64,000 nt of DNA from a bacterium (GTDB lineage Bacteria; RBG-13-61-14; DATKZS01), in NCBI GenBank assembly GCA_963674965.2, contig CAXXFL010000006.1:384001-448000 (forward strand), read 5' to 3'. Positions 48,150-56,544 of this stretch are shown here, one piece after another. Made by a program: the position numbers and the translations under genes. The notes beneath the pieces were generated by a model, which made no database searches, was not told where the DNA came from, and saw only the letters and a list, made by a program, of their open reading frames with translations. Numbering within the stretch: position 1 is the first letter of the stretch; each line of letters begins with the position of its first letter.

Positions 48150-48692
48150 CTACATTACAAAAACGGCCGCCGCCACCGCCGTGGTCCATCGGCCCGACTC
48201 GTCGCCCTTGGCCGAGGCGGTCATATGCCGGGCAAGAAGCCGTGTCTTGCTAAGCACATAGACGCCGTCTTTCTTTTGCGGCGGCAGGTCATGATCGAAC
48301 GAATCGTCGATAAGTGACGCCAGCATGGCCACGGCCATCCTCTCGGAATCCCTGGCCGCTTTTTCCTCGCCGAGTCCGACGCCGGCGTGCTCGGATAGGT
48401 ATCCGTGTTTGATCCGGTCCTCCGGGTAGGCCAGGCCAATGGACGCGGCGATGGGTTCGCCCGCCTGGTTGGTCTGGGTCCTGGCCATGACGCAAAAGGT
48501 GATCTGTCCGTCTTTGAGTTTTTTCTTTCCCTCCTCGGGCCCGATTATCTCGCAATCGGGCGGCAGAATACTGGATACCAGCACCAGGTTGCAGCCTGAA
48601 ATGCCGGCCTGGCGAAGCGCCATCTCGAAACTCACGAGCTTGTCGGCGTGGGTCCCCACGCCCTTGGTCAGAAACATTTGTTTGGGGATCAA
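48150..48692 (-). CDS. pdaD: pyruvoyl-dependent arginine decarboxylase
   Basis: FLTKGVG, SFEMALRQAGI, NLVLVSSILPP (S-S cleavage), GYLSEH, WTTAVAAAV; TTG 48692 after GGAGGAGG. Confidence 0.9.
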   Translation of the reverse strand: MIPKQMFLTKGVGTHADKLVSFEMALRQAGISGCNLVLVSSILPPDCEIIGPEEGKKKLKDGQITFCVMARTQTNQAGEPIAASIGLAYPEDRIKHGYLSEHAGVGLGEEKAARDSERMAVAMLASLIDDSFDHDLPPQKKDGVYVLSKTRLLARHMTASAKGDESGRWTTAVAAAVFVM

Positions 48693-48719
48693 CTGTGTAA
48701 TCCTCCTCCCCGCCACTGG

Positions 48720-48812
48720 AATTAAAACGGCGGCCCTTCTCCCCCGGCTGATCGTCAGGGGAGGGCCGCTGTCATTTGGGCCTATGATAATGCCGGAAAG
48801 CGCGCAAATCAA
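48720..48812 (-). promoter_or_regulatory. pdaD promoter and structured leader
   Basis: TTGATT, 17-nt spacer, TATCAT (48812-48784); hairpin 48727-48772 followed by TTTAATT. Confidence 0.55.
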
Positions 48813-48866
48813 GGGCGCCCCCGCGGAATATTTCCGCGAGGCCGGGACGCGCCTCCCGGACCCCGG

Positions 48867-49487
48867 CTACATCATCATCAGCGGCGTAAGCTGCATGAGG
48901 ATGGTCATGTCGCCGCTGATCTGAATCCTGCCGGCCATGAAGGCCGACTGGGGGTTGAGACTTCCCGAGGCCATCTCCTTCATGGTGTCCAGGTCCACGA
49001 CCACGGTGGCGGTGGGCTCGGGAGTAATGGGCCCGGCGAACTTGATGGTGGCCTCGAAGGGTTTGGACTCATCATCCACCACCCACTTGATCGAGCCGCT
49101 TATGTCGCGCAGGGCGGCCATGTTCTCCTTGGCCTGGCCGACCATGGCCGCGGGGTTGCCGCCCCCGCCGCCGGGCGGCTGCATCCTCAGTTCGTCCCTT
49201 TCGCCCGTCACCGCCTCGATGAAGTTTTGCTTGTTCAGGATAAAGGTCACGAGAGCGTCTTCCTTTACGCCCGAGGAGAACTTAACCTCGCCGTTCTCGA
49301 TATCGGCCGTCCAGTCCCCGCCGCCGTCGCCGGTCACGCGGGTGGAAATGGAGAAACTCACGTCCCCGGCCAGTCCCTTGATGATTTCCTGGAAGCCGGA
49401 AATCTGCTCGGGCAGCCACTGGTTGAAGAATTTTTCAGGGGTGATGTCCTTGGGAGCCCTGGGCGGCTCGAATGCATTGGCGTTCAT
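48867..49487 (-). CDS. tandem SCP2 sterol/lipid-binding domain protein
   Basis: TGDGGGDW...TFIL and SGSLNPQSAFMAGRIQISGDM. Confidence 0.8.
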   Translation of the reverse strand: MNANAFEPPRAPKDITPEKFFNQWLPEQISGFQEIIKGLAGDVSFSISTRVTGDGGGDWTADIENGEVKFSSGVKEDALVTFILNKQNFIEAVTGERDELRMQPPGGGGGNPAAMVGQAKENMAALRDISGSIKWVVDDESKPFEATIKFAGPITPEPTATVVVDLDTMKEMASGSLNPQSAFMAGRIQISGDMTILMQLTPLMMM

Positions 49488-49572
49488 GACGTACCTCCGT
49501 GCTGGCGGTTGACGGACCCGGCGCCTTTACGCCGGACAAAGAGCCATATCTTTAGCGCCGGGCGCGAAAGAT

Positions 49573-49842
49573 TCATCCATCGTTATCCGGGACGCCGCTG
49601 AACAGGGCCTCGAGTTCCTCCTCCACCCCCGGCAGCCGGAGGCAGTCGGCGCAGGTGACGACGAAGCGGGGGTCGTTTAATTTATAGAACTCGAGTATCT
49701 CCGTTTCGTCTCTCGGGTTTTGTATGGCCACCCGCTCGAGGTTTCCCGTGAGAAGGCGGTAGTAGTCGACTCGATAGGGGTTTTCCGTTTCCCGCCTGTG
49801 CGTCGTGGGCCCCACTTCCCGTCCGCATCGCGAACACCGCAA
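49573..49842 (-). CDS. small putative Zn-binding protein (CxxC...CxxC)
   Basis: CSRC and CADC pairs. AGGAGG upstream suggests a possible start at CTG 49863. Confidence 0.6.
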   Translation of the reverse strand: MRCSRCGREVGPTTHRRETENPYRVDYYRLLTGNLERVAIQNPRDETEILEFYKLNDPRFVVTCADCLRLPGVEEELEALFSGVPDNDG

Positions 49843-49918
49843 CGTGCCTTCTTCTTTTTCCAGGGAGCGACCTCCTAAGACAATTTATGTATAAGCGGCA
49901 AGCCGGACCATGGCCGCT

Positions 49919-50305
49919 TCAGGCCGTCAGGTCCAACTTGTCTTTCACTATTTCCTTTACCTTGTCGACCATGCTTCCAAAGTCGTTGGATTTGATGATA
50001 AACGCCTCGGCGCCCGCCTCGTAGGTCAGGTCCATGAGGGCGGGGTCGTTTTTACCCGAGTGAATTATTATCAGGATGTCCTTGGTGACCGGGCTCTTTT
50101 TCAGTTTCTGGCAGACCTCGATGCCGTCAATGCCCGGCATCATGATATCCAGGAGGATGACCTTGGGCTTGAAATCGAGCACCTTTTTGAACACCTCGAT
50201 GCCGGAATCGACGGCCGCCACCTCGAAGCCGGCCTCGGCCAGGGCGTCCCTGGACATGGCCAGGAGAAGCCTGTTGTCGTCGGCAATCAAAATTTTTAGC
50301 GCCAT
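49919..50305 (-). CDS. single-domain response regulator (CheY-like)
   Basis: ILIADD, LLDIMMPGIDG, HSG, FIIKS. Confidence 0.92.
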   Translation of the reverse strand: MALKILIADDNRLLLAMSRDALAEAGFEVAAVDSGIEVFKKVLDFKPKVILLDIMMPGIDGIEVCQKLKKSPVTKDILIIIHSGKNDPALMDLTYEAGAEAFIIKSNDFGSMVDKVKEIVKDKLDLTA

Positions 50306-50335
50306 AAAAACCTCTTTACTTACTTTGAGCCCAGT

Positions 50336-50857
50336 TCACATCCTTCTGGGCTTTCGCATGGCGATGGACAGGGCGGTGGTCAGCTTCTTCACGTCCATGT
50401 TGGTCTTTCTGAGCCTGGCCGCGATGGTCTGGGCGATATTCAGGAGAATGCGATGGGCGCTGGCCAGGTCATCCTCCGTGAACTTCCTGAAGTCCTCGCT
50501 CCCGACGCGCAAAAGCTTGCCCTCGCTCAAGGCCGTGATGGTCGCCGACCTCACGTCCCGGTCGAAAAGGAAGGCCATCTCGCCGAACATGTGGCCCGGC
50601 CCGAGCTTGACCAGGATTTTATCCAGGTTCTCGGCCTCGTCCAGAAAACCCGAGGCCATGGTAATGGCCATGGACACTTCCACCTGCCCCGTCTCTATTA
50701 TATAGACGCAGTCGCCTTCTTCACCTTCCCTAATTATCACATCACCGGCGTTCATTTCAAACGGCCGGCAAATTTTCGCGAGCCTTTTCAGGCCCTCGTC
50801 GCTGACGCCGGCGAAAGCGCTAACTTTTTTCAGGAACTCGACGGATTGATCACTCAT
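50336..50857 (-). CDS. stand-alone cyclic-nucleotide-binding domain protein (no HTH)
   Basis: IIREGEEGDCVYIIETGQVEV, FGEMAFL..DVRSAT phosphate-binding cassette; start overlaps channel 3' end (ATG 50857 or 50866). Confidence 0.88.
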   Translation of the reverse strand: MSDQSVEFLKKVSAFAGVSDEGLKRLAKICRPFEMNAGDVIIREGEEGDCVYIIETGQVEVSMAITMASGFLDEAENLDKILVKLGPGHMFGEMAFLFDRDVRSATITALSEGKLLRVGSEDFRKFTEDDLASAHRILLNIAQTIAARLRKTNMDVKKLTTALSIAMRKPRRM

Positions 50858-52130
50858 CCTCGTCATCCCCCTGGACCGCGCCCGACCCGATGACCTCCTC
50901 GGAGGAGGAGATAATCAGCACCGCGTCGTTTCGCTGGGCCCGATAATTATTGGGCGGGTTAAGCCGGACCTTGATGGCCTTGCCCTTGAAGAAATACTGT
51001 TCCTCCATGCCCTCGAACTGCCGCTTGATAAAAAGGTCTATGGCCGACATGTCGTCCGACAGAATGTCGGAGAGGTTCATGCCCTTGGCCTCCTCGCTGA
51101 CCACGCCGATGGCCAGGGCGCCCTTCTTCTCCCGGAAGTAGGCGCTGACCGCCGAGAACTCCTGGTCCACGAGGCCGGCGGGAAGCCTGGTCTGCCGAAT
51201 GACGGACCCCCGGAAAGGATTTAGAAGCTCCTGCGCCGCGATGGTCACGCCGGGCGAGGTTACCGAGTTGGAAAGCAGGAAGTCGTTATGCTCACCCAGG
51301 ACCACGATGTGGTCCACGTGGGCGCGCTTCAAGTGGGACACGTTGGCCTTGTCCACGATCTCGGCGCAGACGCTGACCGAGGAACTCATGGACTTCACCG
51401 CGAGGGAACCCAGCACGGTGCGCTGATCGGCGCCGGCGTAGCCGTTATGAATGCTTCCGTCGGCCAGGATGACGACCGACTTGGCGTGCTGCACGTTGGC
51501 CCGCTCGAGAACGTTCTCGTGCTCGAACTCTCCCCGCACGTAGCGCAGGCCCTGCCTCCGGTAGTGGTAGAGGACCTCACTTATGGCGTCCTCCGAGACG
51601 TTGTTGATCATAACCACCTGGGCCCCGTCCTGGGTATTGTGGTATATGCCCTCCAGAAGAGACCTGACGCTCGAGTTCCAGCCGCAAATGACGAAGTGGT
51701 TCCGCCAGGTTATTTTCTCCATTCCCTTGCCCTCCAAGAGCCTCTTTTCCACGAACCATGAAGCTATCGTGGCCGTAAGCACCGAGGTTAAAACCATGCC
51801 GGAAATGATTATCGCCACAGTGACGATTCTTCCCAGGGTCGTATGCGGAGTTATATCCCCGTATCCCGTGGTGGTACCCGAGATAAAGGACATATACAGG
51901 GCTTCCCAGAAATTATGCACGTACGATTTATCGTCACTTGGAATGTAGGCGTTGCTTTCCAAAAGCCAAAGAAGAATGGCTAAGAGGACGATCAAAAGGC
52001 CGAGGGCCGACATGAGCCGTATTGACCTTTCCCGCGTGAGAAGATCGCGAAAGTCGCGAAACGTCTCCCGAACGGAAAGGCCGGCCCGTCTCAACACGCC
52101 CGAAAAGCCGTGATATAGCTGGTCGTCCAT
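50850..52130 (-). CDS. 2-TM potassium channel with RCK (TrkA-N-type) domain
   Basis: Pore TTTGYGDITP flanked by two TMs; HFVICGWN, GEF...LERAN, ADQRTVL. Confidence 0.9.
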   Translation of the reverse strand: MDDQLYHGFSGVLRRAGLSVRETFRDFRDLLTRERSIRLMSALGLLIVLLAILLWLLESNAYIPSDDKSYVHNFWEALYMSFISGTTTGYGDITPHTTLGRIVTVAIIISGMVLTSVLTATIASWFVEKRLLEGKGMEKITWRNHFVICGWNSSVRSLLEGIYHNTQDGAQVVMINNVSEDAISEVLYHYRRQGLRYVRGEFEHENVLERANVQHAKSVVILADGSIHNGYAGADQRTVLGSLAVKSMSSSVSVCAEIVDKANVSHLKRAHVDHIVVLGEHNDFLLSNSVTSPGVTIAAQELLNPFRGSVIRQTRLPAGLVDQEFSAVSAYFREKKGALAIGVVSEEAKGMNLSDILSDDMSAIDLFIKRQFEGMEEQYFFKGKAIKVRLNPPNNYRAQRNDAVLIISSSEEVIGSGAVQGDDEDE

Positions 52131-52309
52131 TTAGACAATCTTCCGTAATTATCCAGAATATCATGGTAAAATGGTATATTTCAAGCCGGGGGCCGCGAAC
52201 CGCGGAGCATGGCCAAGTGCGCCTCCATGTCCGGGCCTTCCTTGGCCGGCTTGCATATGCGCTCGCCACCCGGCATTATCGGACTGAAAACCAACGAGGA
52301 GACCGATCA

Positions 52310-53401
52310 ATGGCCTTAATAGATGAAGTAAAGATAATACCGTCACCCGACTTTAGCCGCTTCCTGAAGACATTGAAAAGGGAGGACCACGGGGTCGTTC
52401 CTCTTTACGAGTTCTTCGCCGATAAGCCCATCAAGGACAAAATCATGGGAAAACCCACTCTCCTTCCCATGGCCTTCCCCCTCGCGCCGGACATGGACGA
52501 GATCATCCGAAACGACGTCGAGTTCTGGTATCGGCTCGGGTACGACTACGTTCCCTCCGGCCCTCCCCTTTTGAATTTTTTCAGCGCCGAGTTCATAAAG
52601 GACACGGCCGAGCTTTCCATGGGAGCCAGGATGTGGATAACCGAGAAGTCCAGCTCCCGGATCGGGAGCAGGGAAGATTTCGACAAGTTCCCCTGGCCCG
52701 ATCCCGAGAAAATAGATTTTACCGTCTTCGATATGATTCCCCGGTTCCTGCCCGAGGGCATGGGACTTATCGCGCAGGGGCAGGGCATCCTCGAGCCCGT
52801 CATGTGGAGCATGGGCCACGAGGGCATGGCCTACGCCCTGGCCGACGACCCAGAACTGGTGAAAATGACCTTCGACCGGGTGGGCCGGATCATGACCCGC
52901 TTCGTCGAGCGCATGGCCGAGCGGGATTTCGTGGGCGCCATCGAGGTTGGAGACGACATGGGCTTTAAGACCGGCACCATGATCTCGCCGTCAATGCTCC
53001 GCGAGTACGTTCTGCCCTGGCACAAAAAGATGGCCGACAAGGCCCATGAGCGAGGCAAGCCCTACATCCTCCATTCCTGCGGCAACCTCGAGGCCATCAT
53101 GGACGACCTCATCGATTTCGTGGGCGTCGACGCCAAGCACAGCTTCGAGGACGTGATCATGCCGGTGGCGAAAGTCAAAGAGAGGTGGGGCTCCCGGACG
53201 GCCATCCTCGGCGGCGTGGACATGGACTTCCTCACCAGGTCAACGCCCGAACAAGTGAGGTCCTACTCCAGGAAGGTCCTCGAGGACTGCGCCCCCGGAG
53301 GCGGCTACGCCCTCGGCTGCGGCAACACCGTGGCCAACTACGTGCCCCCCCAAAACTTCCTGGCCATGATCGAGGAGGGATGGAAATTCAACGAAAAATG
53401 A
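52310..53401 (+). CDS. uroporphyrinogen decarboxylase / MtaA-CmuA superfamily protein
   Basis: FPWPDP, GDDMG, LHSCGN, ILGGVD, PGGGYALGCGN; GAGGAG RBS before ATG 52310. Confidence 0.85.
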   Translation: MALIDEVKIIPSPDFSRFLKTLKREDHGVVPLYEFFADKPIKDKIMGKPTLLPMAFPLAPDMDEIIRNDVEFWYRLGYDYVPSGPPLLNFFSAEFIKDTAELSMGARMWITEKSSSRIGSREDFDKFPWPDPEKIDFTVFDMIPRFLPEGMGLIAQGQGILEPVMWSMGHEGMAYALADDPELVKMTFDRVGRIMTRFVERMAERDFVGAIEVGDDMGFKTGTMISPSMLREYVLPWHKKMADKAHERGKPYILHSCGNLEAIMDDLIDFVGVDAKHSFEDVIMPVAKVKERWGSRTAILGGVDMDFLTRSTPEQVRSYSRKVLEDCAPGGGYALGCGNTVANYVPPQNFLAMIEEGWKFNEK

Positions 53402-53542
53402 GGCGAGCGGGCCAGACATGCTTGAAAAATGCGTGGATGGAGTAGCCTCATTGAATTCATTTCTATCACGGTATCCGGCGCGTAACTTAACGCGGAAGGC
53501 TCCAGAGGGAAACGGATAACGGCGTAATGGAGTGACCTTTAC

Positions 53543-54409
53543 TTATGATCCTTTCAGCGCGGCGGCGACGTAATAGGGCAGGCGCTCGAGGGATGACTCC
53601 TCGGGGAGGTTGGCCGCGTACCACTCGATGGCCTGGTAAATCTCCGTCCGGGAGAAGCCGTCCTCCAAAAGCTCGGTGATCACGGTCATGGCGACCTGCC
53701 TAGCGCGGACGCCGGGCTTTTGGTTCTTCAGCTCGAAAAAACGGTCCGCCAGCTCGGCCAGTCCCGGGCCTTTGACGCCGCGGCCGGAAAGGTCCGAGAA
53801 GCTTTCCTCATTTAGCGGGCTCTCGAGGGGCTTCTCGCGGCGGGGGATGGGCGCCCCGGCTTCTTTCCGCTTTACCTCGACGGATTTTTCCTCGATGGGG
53901 GCGGGGGCCTCTATCTCCTTGGCGGGAAGCTCCGCGGCCGGCTCCTCATGGGGAAGAAAGACCCGGTAGAGGGTACCCTTCACGCTTCTGTGCAGGGGCT
54001 TGATGTGGCCCTTTCTGACCAGGCCGTCAAGGGCCACGTTAAGCCGCCGGTCGGTAAGGCGAGAGCGGGAGGCCAGTTCCTTTTTACCCACCCGGCAGAA
54101 GTTGACGCCCGCGCCGCGGGAGAGCCGGAAGAGGTGGAGATATACCGACTGCTCGAGGGCGGACAGATCAAGGGCCACGTCGTCGAAAACGGAGAAAGGC
54201 ACGGTCACGCCCGAGTCGGGTGTCACCGGCCCGAGGGTCTCGCCGTTATATTCGAGCGAGCGCGGCTCCTCTCCCTCGCCGGCCTTGCCGCTCTCGGCGA
54301 TCGTCTCGAACGCGGCCAACTCGTCGTCGTCCTCGAGGGCGCGCGTGACCAGGTCGCGGCTTCCCGGCACCGCCCTGTAGTAGTAAGGCTTGTCCTTTTT
54401 TTCGGGCAT
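53543..54409 (-). CDS. hypothetical winged-helix DNA-binding protein (replication-initiator-like N-domain)
   Basis: LSALEQSVYLHLFRLS...KKELASRSRLTDRRLNVALDGLVRKGHI...GTLYRVFLP; Pro/Glu linker; helical C-domain. Confidence 0.6.
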   Translation of the reverse strand: MPEKKDKPYYYRAVPGSRDLVTRALEDDDELAAFETIAESGKAGEGEEPRSLEYNGETLGPVTPDSGVTVPFSVFDDVALDLSALEQSVYLHLFRLSRGAGVNFCRVGKKELASRSRLTDRRLNVALDGLVRKGHIKPLHRSVKGTLYRVFLPHEEPAAELPAKEIEAPAPIEEKSVEVKRKEAGAPIPRREKPLESPLNEESFSDLSGRGVKGPGLAELADRFFELKNQKPGVRARQVAMTVITELLEDGFSRTEIYQAIEWYAANLPEESSLERLPYYVAAALKGS

Positions 54410-54460
54410 CCGGTTAAGAGTAGCCCACGCCGGGAGGGCAAGTCAAAATCGGGCGGCGCG

Positions 54461-55864
54461 TCACAGCCCGTGCTCGTCGATAAGGTCCAGGCAAAGGGCC
54501 GGCCAGTTGAAGTCCTTCGTTCCCATGCCCTCCCCCGTCGAGGGATCGTAGAACTCCCTCATGCCGGAGGTCAGGATGAGGGCGGCCGCGTGGCGGGTGA
54601 TTTTTCGGGCCAGGTCCGGCCGGCCGTATTTTGCCGCTCCCCTGGCCGCCAACCAGTTCATGTTCGCCCAGATGCAGCGGCCGCGCCAGAGCATGGTCTC
54701 CGCGAGGGGCAGCTTTTCGCCCTCGATCTCCGAGACGGAGTTGAAGGGCACGAGCCAGGGGGAGTTGAAGTGATCGGCCGAAAGGAGCTTCTCATCTATC
54801 ATCCGCTCGGCCTTGTCCTCGCCGATCATGCCCGTTATCAGCGGCAGAAGGCCGGTGAGGCAAGTTCGGTTGGATTTCAGTTTCCTCTCGAGGTCGTATC
54901 GGGGATAGAAGAACCCCGCGGACTCGTCCCATAAGGTTTCCTCCATGGCCTGGACCAGGGACCTTGCCCTCGCTCGCCACTTCGCGGCGCCCTCCCCGTC
55001 TCCCCTGGCCTCGAGAAGGTCCGAAAGCTCGATCAACCCGGCGGCGAGGATCGAGTTGAGCCCCACGTCCTCCATGGCGAAGGCGTTTTCCTTCTTCACC
55101 CTTTCCATGTCCCATCCCAGCCGGTCCAGCCGGGAAAGAAGTTTCAGATATGAGAGCGCGTAGTCGATCTCGAAACTCGGATCGGAAGGGTCGGTCCCGA
55201 TGGGCCCATCGAATATGGGGGCCGAGTCCGTGCCCGACTCCCAGGGGTGGACGATCGAGGCCAGGCCGTCTCCAAAAAGGTCTCGTCCGGGAAGAAAAAA
55301 CTCGGCGCTCCTCTCCATGGCGGGAACAAGATCGAGCACCCGCTCGTCCCCGGTCTTCTTATAGAGCAGACCGGCCGCCAGAAGATATGAGGGCGGGTCG
55401 ATAAACATTGAGCTTCCCGCCTCGTCGTACTGCTTTCTCACCATCCATATGGTGGCCCTTCTCGAGAGGTGTTTATCAGCCACCCCCGGGATTCTCGCCT
55501 CGTGGGGCACGCGTCCGTCCTCCGCCTGGAAGGCGTAGATGGCCTGAAGCTCGCGCATGGCGGCCTCGGGGTCCAGGTGCATGAGCCCGATAACGTGCCA
55601 GCCCGAGTCCCAGGCGAAAAATGACCTGTAACCCGCCTCGCTGGGCACGTGGAACCGGCGGCCGTTCCACTCGAGGTAGTTCTTTTCAAAGACGGCCCGG
55701 CACTGGTCCTCGATGGCCCGGCGGGCGGCCTCCTTGTCCGCCAGGATGGACTCGAGGTCCGGCGGTGAAGCCATCGGCGCCTTCCCCGCCCTCGCCTTAA
55801 AACCCGGCATACCAACGGCGAAGGCCGCGGCGCCCCCCGCTCGCATGAAGTTCCTTCTGTTCAT
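54461..55864 (-). CDS. Tat-exported (alpha/alpha)6 glycoside hydrolase (GH63/MGH1-like)
   Basis: MNRRNFM twin-arginine signal, FAWDSGWH, HPWESGTD, WRG..WANMNW, REFYDP. Confidence 0.85.
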   Translation of the reverse strand: MNRRNFMRAGGAAAFAVGMPGFKARAGKAPMASPPDLESILADKEAARRAIEDQCRAVFEKNYLEWNGRRFHVPSEAGYRSFFAWDSGWHVIGLMHLDPEAAMRELQAIYAFQAEDGRVPHEARIPGVADKHLSRRATIWMVRKQYDEAGSSMFIDPPSYLLAAGLLYKKTGDERVLDLVPAMERSAEFFLPGRDLFGDGLASIVHPWESGTDSAPIFDGPIGTDPSDPSFEIDYALSYLKLLSRLDRLGWDMERVKKENAFAMEDVGLNSILAAGLIELSDLLEARGDGEGAAKWRARARSLVQAMEETLWDESAGFFYPRYDLERKLKSNRTCLTGLLPLITGMIGEDKAERMIDEKLLSADHFNSPWLVPFNSVSEIEGEKLPLAETMLWRGRCIWANMNWLAARGAAKYGRPDLARKITRHAAALILTSGMREFYDPSTGEGMGTKDFNWPALCLDLIDEHGL

Positions 55865-55960
55865 TCTTTCTCTCCGACGGTTAATCCGTAAGGTTTCGCG
55901 GATGGCCCATGCATTTTCCCAAAATGCATGGGTGGCAAAGCCGCGGGCTGAGAAATGCAT

Positions 55961-56021
55961 GGGTGACCCGTCCGGTTTCTCAAGAAACCGCGCGGGTCCC
56001 GCGGAGCGGGATAGGTAGCCC
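55961..56021. repeat. REP-like palindromic repeat, second family, copy 1
   Basis: GACCCG..CGGTTTCT-CA-AGAAACCG..CGGGTC hairpin; 48/61 identical to 56485-56544. Confidence 0.7.
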
Positions 56022-56204
56022 GCTCCAACTCTCCCCTCGTGACCTCATTCACACGCCAGTCTTTGCCATTTTGCCGAAGTGCTTGTCCGGCCGGCTGGCG
56101 CGGTATTCCCAAAATCTCGCCATCCATCCAATATGCAAACAAATCTTATCGCCCATGAGGCGTACATATCTAAGCCCGGGGCGACATGATTCGGCATAAC
56201 TGCG

Positions 56205-56450
56205 GGCGGCAGTTATTCGGAATTTCCGAATAGTTGCCTCGCGGAACAACTCCCCGGTTTCAAAGATATTTTTCAGATGCTCGTTGATGGTGGGCGCGGT
56301 GACGGCAAACAGAGTGCCCATCGTCTTCTGAGTCATCCAGACCGTTTCGTCCTCGTAGCGGACCTCGATGCTATCCTCCCCCGCCCGGGCGGTGAAGATG
56401 AGAAATTCCGCCGCGCTATCGCGGATGAGCTTTATCTTGTCGTCACTCAA
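56205..56450 (-). pseudogene. truncated RhuM-family protein (N-terminal ~82 aa)
   Basis: IRDSAAEFLIFT, EDETVWMTQKTM, TINEHLKNIF, TIRKFRITAA, then unrelated sequence; ORF stops at 56049. Confidence 0.8.
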
Positions 56451-56484
56451 TTTTAAGCCTCTTATTAATCAGCTTCTTGACGAA

Positions 56485-56544
56485 GGGCGACCCATCCGGT
56501 TTTGAAGAAACCGCGCCGGCCCCGCCAAGCAAAATGGGCAGCCC
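56485..56544. repeat. REP-like palindromic repeat, second family, copy 2
   Basis: Direct repeat of 55961-56021; self-complementary ends GGGCGACCCAT / ATGGGCAGCCC. Confidence 0.7.

Noticed and set aside
55961-56544. Integron cassette with attC sites around rhuM
   Set aside because: The repeats lack RYYYAAC/GTTRRRY cores and there is no integrase in the window.
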